A stretch of DNA of 64,000 bases. It comes from Desulfatiglandales bacterium. Lineage in GTDB: Bacteria > Desulfobacterota > DSM-4660 > Desulfatiglandales > HGW-15. A program made the position numbers and the translations under genes. The stretch spans positions 3,936,001 through 4,000,000 of the forward strand of contig CAXXJJ010000004.1 in the NCBI GenBank assembly GCA_963667015.2, written 5' to 3'. The notes beneath the pieces were generated by a model, which had not been told where the DNA came from, made no database searches, and saw nothing but the letters and a program-made list of their open reading frames with translations. Positions 61,400-64,000 of the stretch are shown one piece after another (within the stretch, counting starts at the first letter, position 1; each line of letters starts with the position of its first letter).

Positions 61400-62503
61400 T
61401 TAGAACTTTATTACAAAGTCAGCCTGTATGATGTCCTGTGTATTGTCACCATCTATTGGTTCAGCATTATAGTAATCAAGAGCAAAAGAAACATGTTTGG
61501 TCAATCCAAATTTAAGCTCAACTTCCATTCCCTCGACACCTGTTGCTCCGCCATAAAAATCACTGTCTGGTAAAAAGTCAAGCCAGGCATCCTTCTCAAG
61601 GTGTCTGTAGTTTACCTTGAGTTCCCAGCTTTTTAAGGTGTTAAGGCTTTTGTCTCCAATTTTGAAACCGTAAAGATATCCTGTATTATCATTGTCTGCA
61701 TCGGAATCCACATACTGCCCAAATACATTTACATATTCCAGGAAATCCCCTTTAATTTTAAAACCGAGGTCTACATCAAGGGTTGTTGCCTTATAATCAT
61801 ACATCCAGAGTGTATCGCCTTCCACTGTAACAGTTGAGTTTCCCCCTCCTGAAAATTCAGAAAAGTCATTACCTGCAATATTGTTGAAGTCATAATATGC
61901 AGCAGCTAATTTAAGGCCAACAGTGTCACTGATTTTCCAGTCAATTCCTGGCTGCAAAAATATCATTGCCGGATCATCTTCTGTCCCTTTGTATTCATCG
62001 ATCATAAAATATCCAGGAGTGATAAATAATTTAACATTATCATTTATCTTATAATTAAATTCTGCTGCAATACCTTCGGGCATTATATCACCGTCCCACA
62101 AAAGATCCTTTGTTCCCCAAATGGGGTTTTTTATCTTGCCGCCCATTATGCTGAACATTTTGCTGGGATTGTACTTGATATATGCATAATCCACTACCAC
62201 GCCAATTGAAGAAAACTGGCTGTCCAGAGTGGCGTTGGTTGACCTGGGATCATCCCCTCCTGTTGCAAAGCCGATTGCTGTTTCCCAATTTTCATCCGGT
62301 TTGGCAGAAATTTCTGCCCTGGCCCGAACTCTGTATCTGTCTCTTGAAACATCAGAGCTGTCCTTTTCTTCTGTCTGATAACGAAATCTTACATCCCCTT
62401 TAAGTTTAATTGTGTCTGTCCAGCCTTCAGCGTAAATCGAACCTGAACATGTAAAAAGAACTGCAGTTGATAAAAGTGTTGTAACAAAAGATTTTATTTT
62501 CAT
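61400..62503 (-). CDS. Putative outer-membrane porin
   Basis: Signal peptide, GDVRFRY, R.R.RAR, DPRSTN, C-terminal Phe. Confidence 0.88.
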   Translation of the reverse strand: MKIKSFVTTLLSTAVLFTCSGSIYAEGWTDTIKLKGDVRFRYQTEEKDSSDVSRDRYRVRARAEISAKPDENWETAIGFATGGDDPRSTNATLDSQFSSIGVVVDYAYIKYNPSKMFSIMGGKIKNPIWGTKDLLWDGDIMPEGIAAEFNYKINDNVKLFITPGYFMIDEYKGTEDDPAMIFLQPGIDWKISDTVGLKLAAAYYDFNNIAGNDFSEFSGGGNSTVTVEGDTLWMYDYKATTLDVDLGFKIKGDFLEYVNVFGQYVDSDADNDNTGYLYGFKIGDKSLNTLKSWELKVNYRHLEKDAWLDFLPDSDFYGGATGVEGMEVELKFGLTKHVSFALDYYNAEPIDGDNTQDIIQADFVIKF

Positions 62504-62752
62504 GTAAAATTCTCCCCAAAAATTAATATTTATAAAACCTAAACTATATAAATCCTTTCTCTTTAAAACGTTTCCTCCCTAAGAAAGAATTTATCATCAA
62601 TTAAGATGGCATTTTGTGCTTCAAATGTTTTGAAAAAATAAGGTTATTGTTAGAAATATATTAGAAATATATTTTCGTAATAGTAATCTATCATAATTGT
62701 GTGCGGTAATGACTTTCAGAACGATTGTTTTTTAACCTTTAAAAACCCACTA

Positions 62753-63343
62753 TCACTTCTTTTTCATATATTCTGCAGAAACCCAGTTTCCGCCACTTTC
62801 AACCCGCTTTATAATATTAGGCACCATCTTTTGAATATCCTCACGCAAAAATTTTCTGATGATAAAAGCGGGAATTAAAACACCTGCATCAACATAGTTT
62901 GAATAGTGAACAACTGATCCCTGTTTACTTACATGATCCGGTTCAATAAACCAGTATCCGGAAACTTCCCGCAGCGGACCATCAACAAGGTTCCACTCTA
63001 TCCTTCTGTTTCTGTTATCCATAATTCGTTTCATTACTATATCTCCGCTCAACAACCCTCTGCTTCCGATAAATTTAACAATCTGATAACCTTCCCCGCT
63101 CTCTAAAACCTCAACCTTTGCAGCCCCTGGCATAAACTCGGTAAACGCCTCAACATTACGCAATGTTTGATACACCTTTTCAGGATCCGCATTCAGGACA
63201 AAAAGAGATGTTACGGCCTTTTTGCCATCATCTCTTTTTTCTTTTGTAATAATAAGGTTTCCATCATCTGCTTCTAGTGCCCTGCAGGGAAGCAATGGCA
63301 AAGACAAGAAAAATACAAAAATATAGAGATAAAAATATTTCAT
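62753..63343 (-). CDS. SRPBCC/START-fold protein with signal peptide
   Basis: PEKVY..L......FMP, IEW.LVDG......GYW. Confidence 0.8.
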   Translation of the reverse strand: MKYFYLYIFVFFLSLPLLPCRALEADDGNLIITKEKRDDGKKAVTSLFVLNADPEKVYQTLRNVEAFTEFMPGAAKVEVLESGEGYQIVKFIGSRGLLSGDIVMKRIMDNRNRRIEWNLVDGPLREVSGYWFIEPDHVSKQGSVVHYSNYVDAGVLIPAFIIRKFLREDIQKMVPNIIKRVESGGNWVSAEYMKKK

Positions 63344-63584
63344 AAAAATTCATGATCTCCCTGATCTATTATGTGATTAACGGGATATTTAAGTCATGAT
63401 TTTTTAATTTAATATTAGGAACACAAGAAATTTTTGTTAGCTGATCGTTTTCCTCAACCAGGTACATATAAAGCTAATGAACTTCTAATCATTTTTTACC
63501 TTTGAGTTAACATTTTCAGATTAAATAATTCGGGAGACTTAAGAAAGTACAGAAATTTTCCATATATAAATACCGAGGTAATAA

Positions 63585-64000
63585 ATGGCTAATTCCGAAA
63601 ATATTCTAAACACTTCTCTTTCACGATTATACGGATCGGATAACCCTTTTAAAAGGGCACTATCAGGACTTGCCCTGTCTTCTCTTGACAGGTTATTGTC
63701 TCTACCGACAATAAGAGGATACTACCATAGCCTTCCGCAAACAAAGGACCCCTTTGACTTTATTAACACAGCCCTTGATAAACTTGATATAGGTTATTCC
63801 CCCCAGTCAAACCAGAAAAGGACAATACCTGACTCCGGTCCATTAATTGTTGTTGCAAATCACCCCTTTGGCGGCATTGACGGCCTGGTGCTCGCCTCAA
63901 TTATTTCACAGGTGCGCCGGGATATTCGAATCCTCGCAAACCATTATCTTGGCCTTTTTCCGGAACTTGAACCTATATTATTTCCAGTGGACCCCTTTGG
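63585..64000 (+). CDS. Lysophospholipid acyltransferase-family protein (3' partial)
   Basis: Open to the window end; IPDSGPLIVVANHPFGGIDG (HxxxxD motif). Confidence 0.88.
   Translation, partial: MANSENILNTSLSRLYGSDNPFKRALSGLALSSLDRLLSLPTIRGYYHSLPQTKDPFDFINTALDKLDIGYSPQSNQKRTIPDSGPLIVVANHPFGGIDGLVLASIISQVRRDIRILANHYLGLFPELEPILFPVDPF

Noticed and set aside
41990..62403. Many short antisense or alternate-frame ORFs in the track
   Set aside because: They are shadows of well-supported genes (purH, moeA, pgk, parAB, GT, porin) with no motifs of their own.

Overview
The window has two parts. From about 39.75 kb to the end is a bacterial core region, probably Desulfobacterota (inferred from gene content). 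It holds tRNA-Pro(TGG), folE2, a purH-like gene, mobB/modE/moeA, pgk, plsY, parAB with two parS sites, a dnaA not followed by dnaN, glycosyltransferases (one split by an ISAzo13-family IS) and a porin. From 1 to about 39.7 kb is an AT-rich composite genomic island integrated at the 3' end of tRNA-Pro, with excisionase and integrase adjacent; its other end lies outside the window. The island contains: (i) an integrase-less integron cassette array at 2240-9552, rich in defence-like genes (CPBP, AbiGi, TIR, HEPN-like), carrying an inverted IS91-like element (tyrosine recombinase plus Y2 transposase) that has its own attC-like end and needs a -1 frameshift; (ii) two HerA/coupling-protein-like ATPases with wHTH and PD-(D/E)xK tails; (iii) a leading-region-like SSB/DUF2958/RadC/SLOG cluster punctuated by terminators; (iv) several genes with archaeal-type TATA boxes and no Shine-Dalgarno. 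The best candidate for a new system is at 32241-37582: a ubiquitin-like conjugation operon (Ubl ending DAG-IIL, membrane-anchored E2-like protein, JAB protease, single-domain E1) that runs directly into a membrane protein, a Cys-rich protein and a split HerA-like ATPase-nuclease. All family assignments come from motif recognition by eye, not from database searches.
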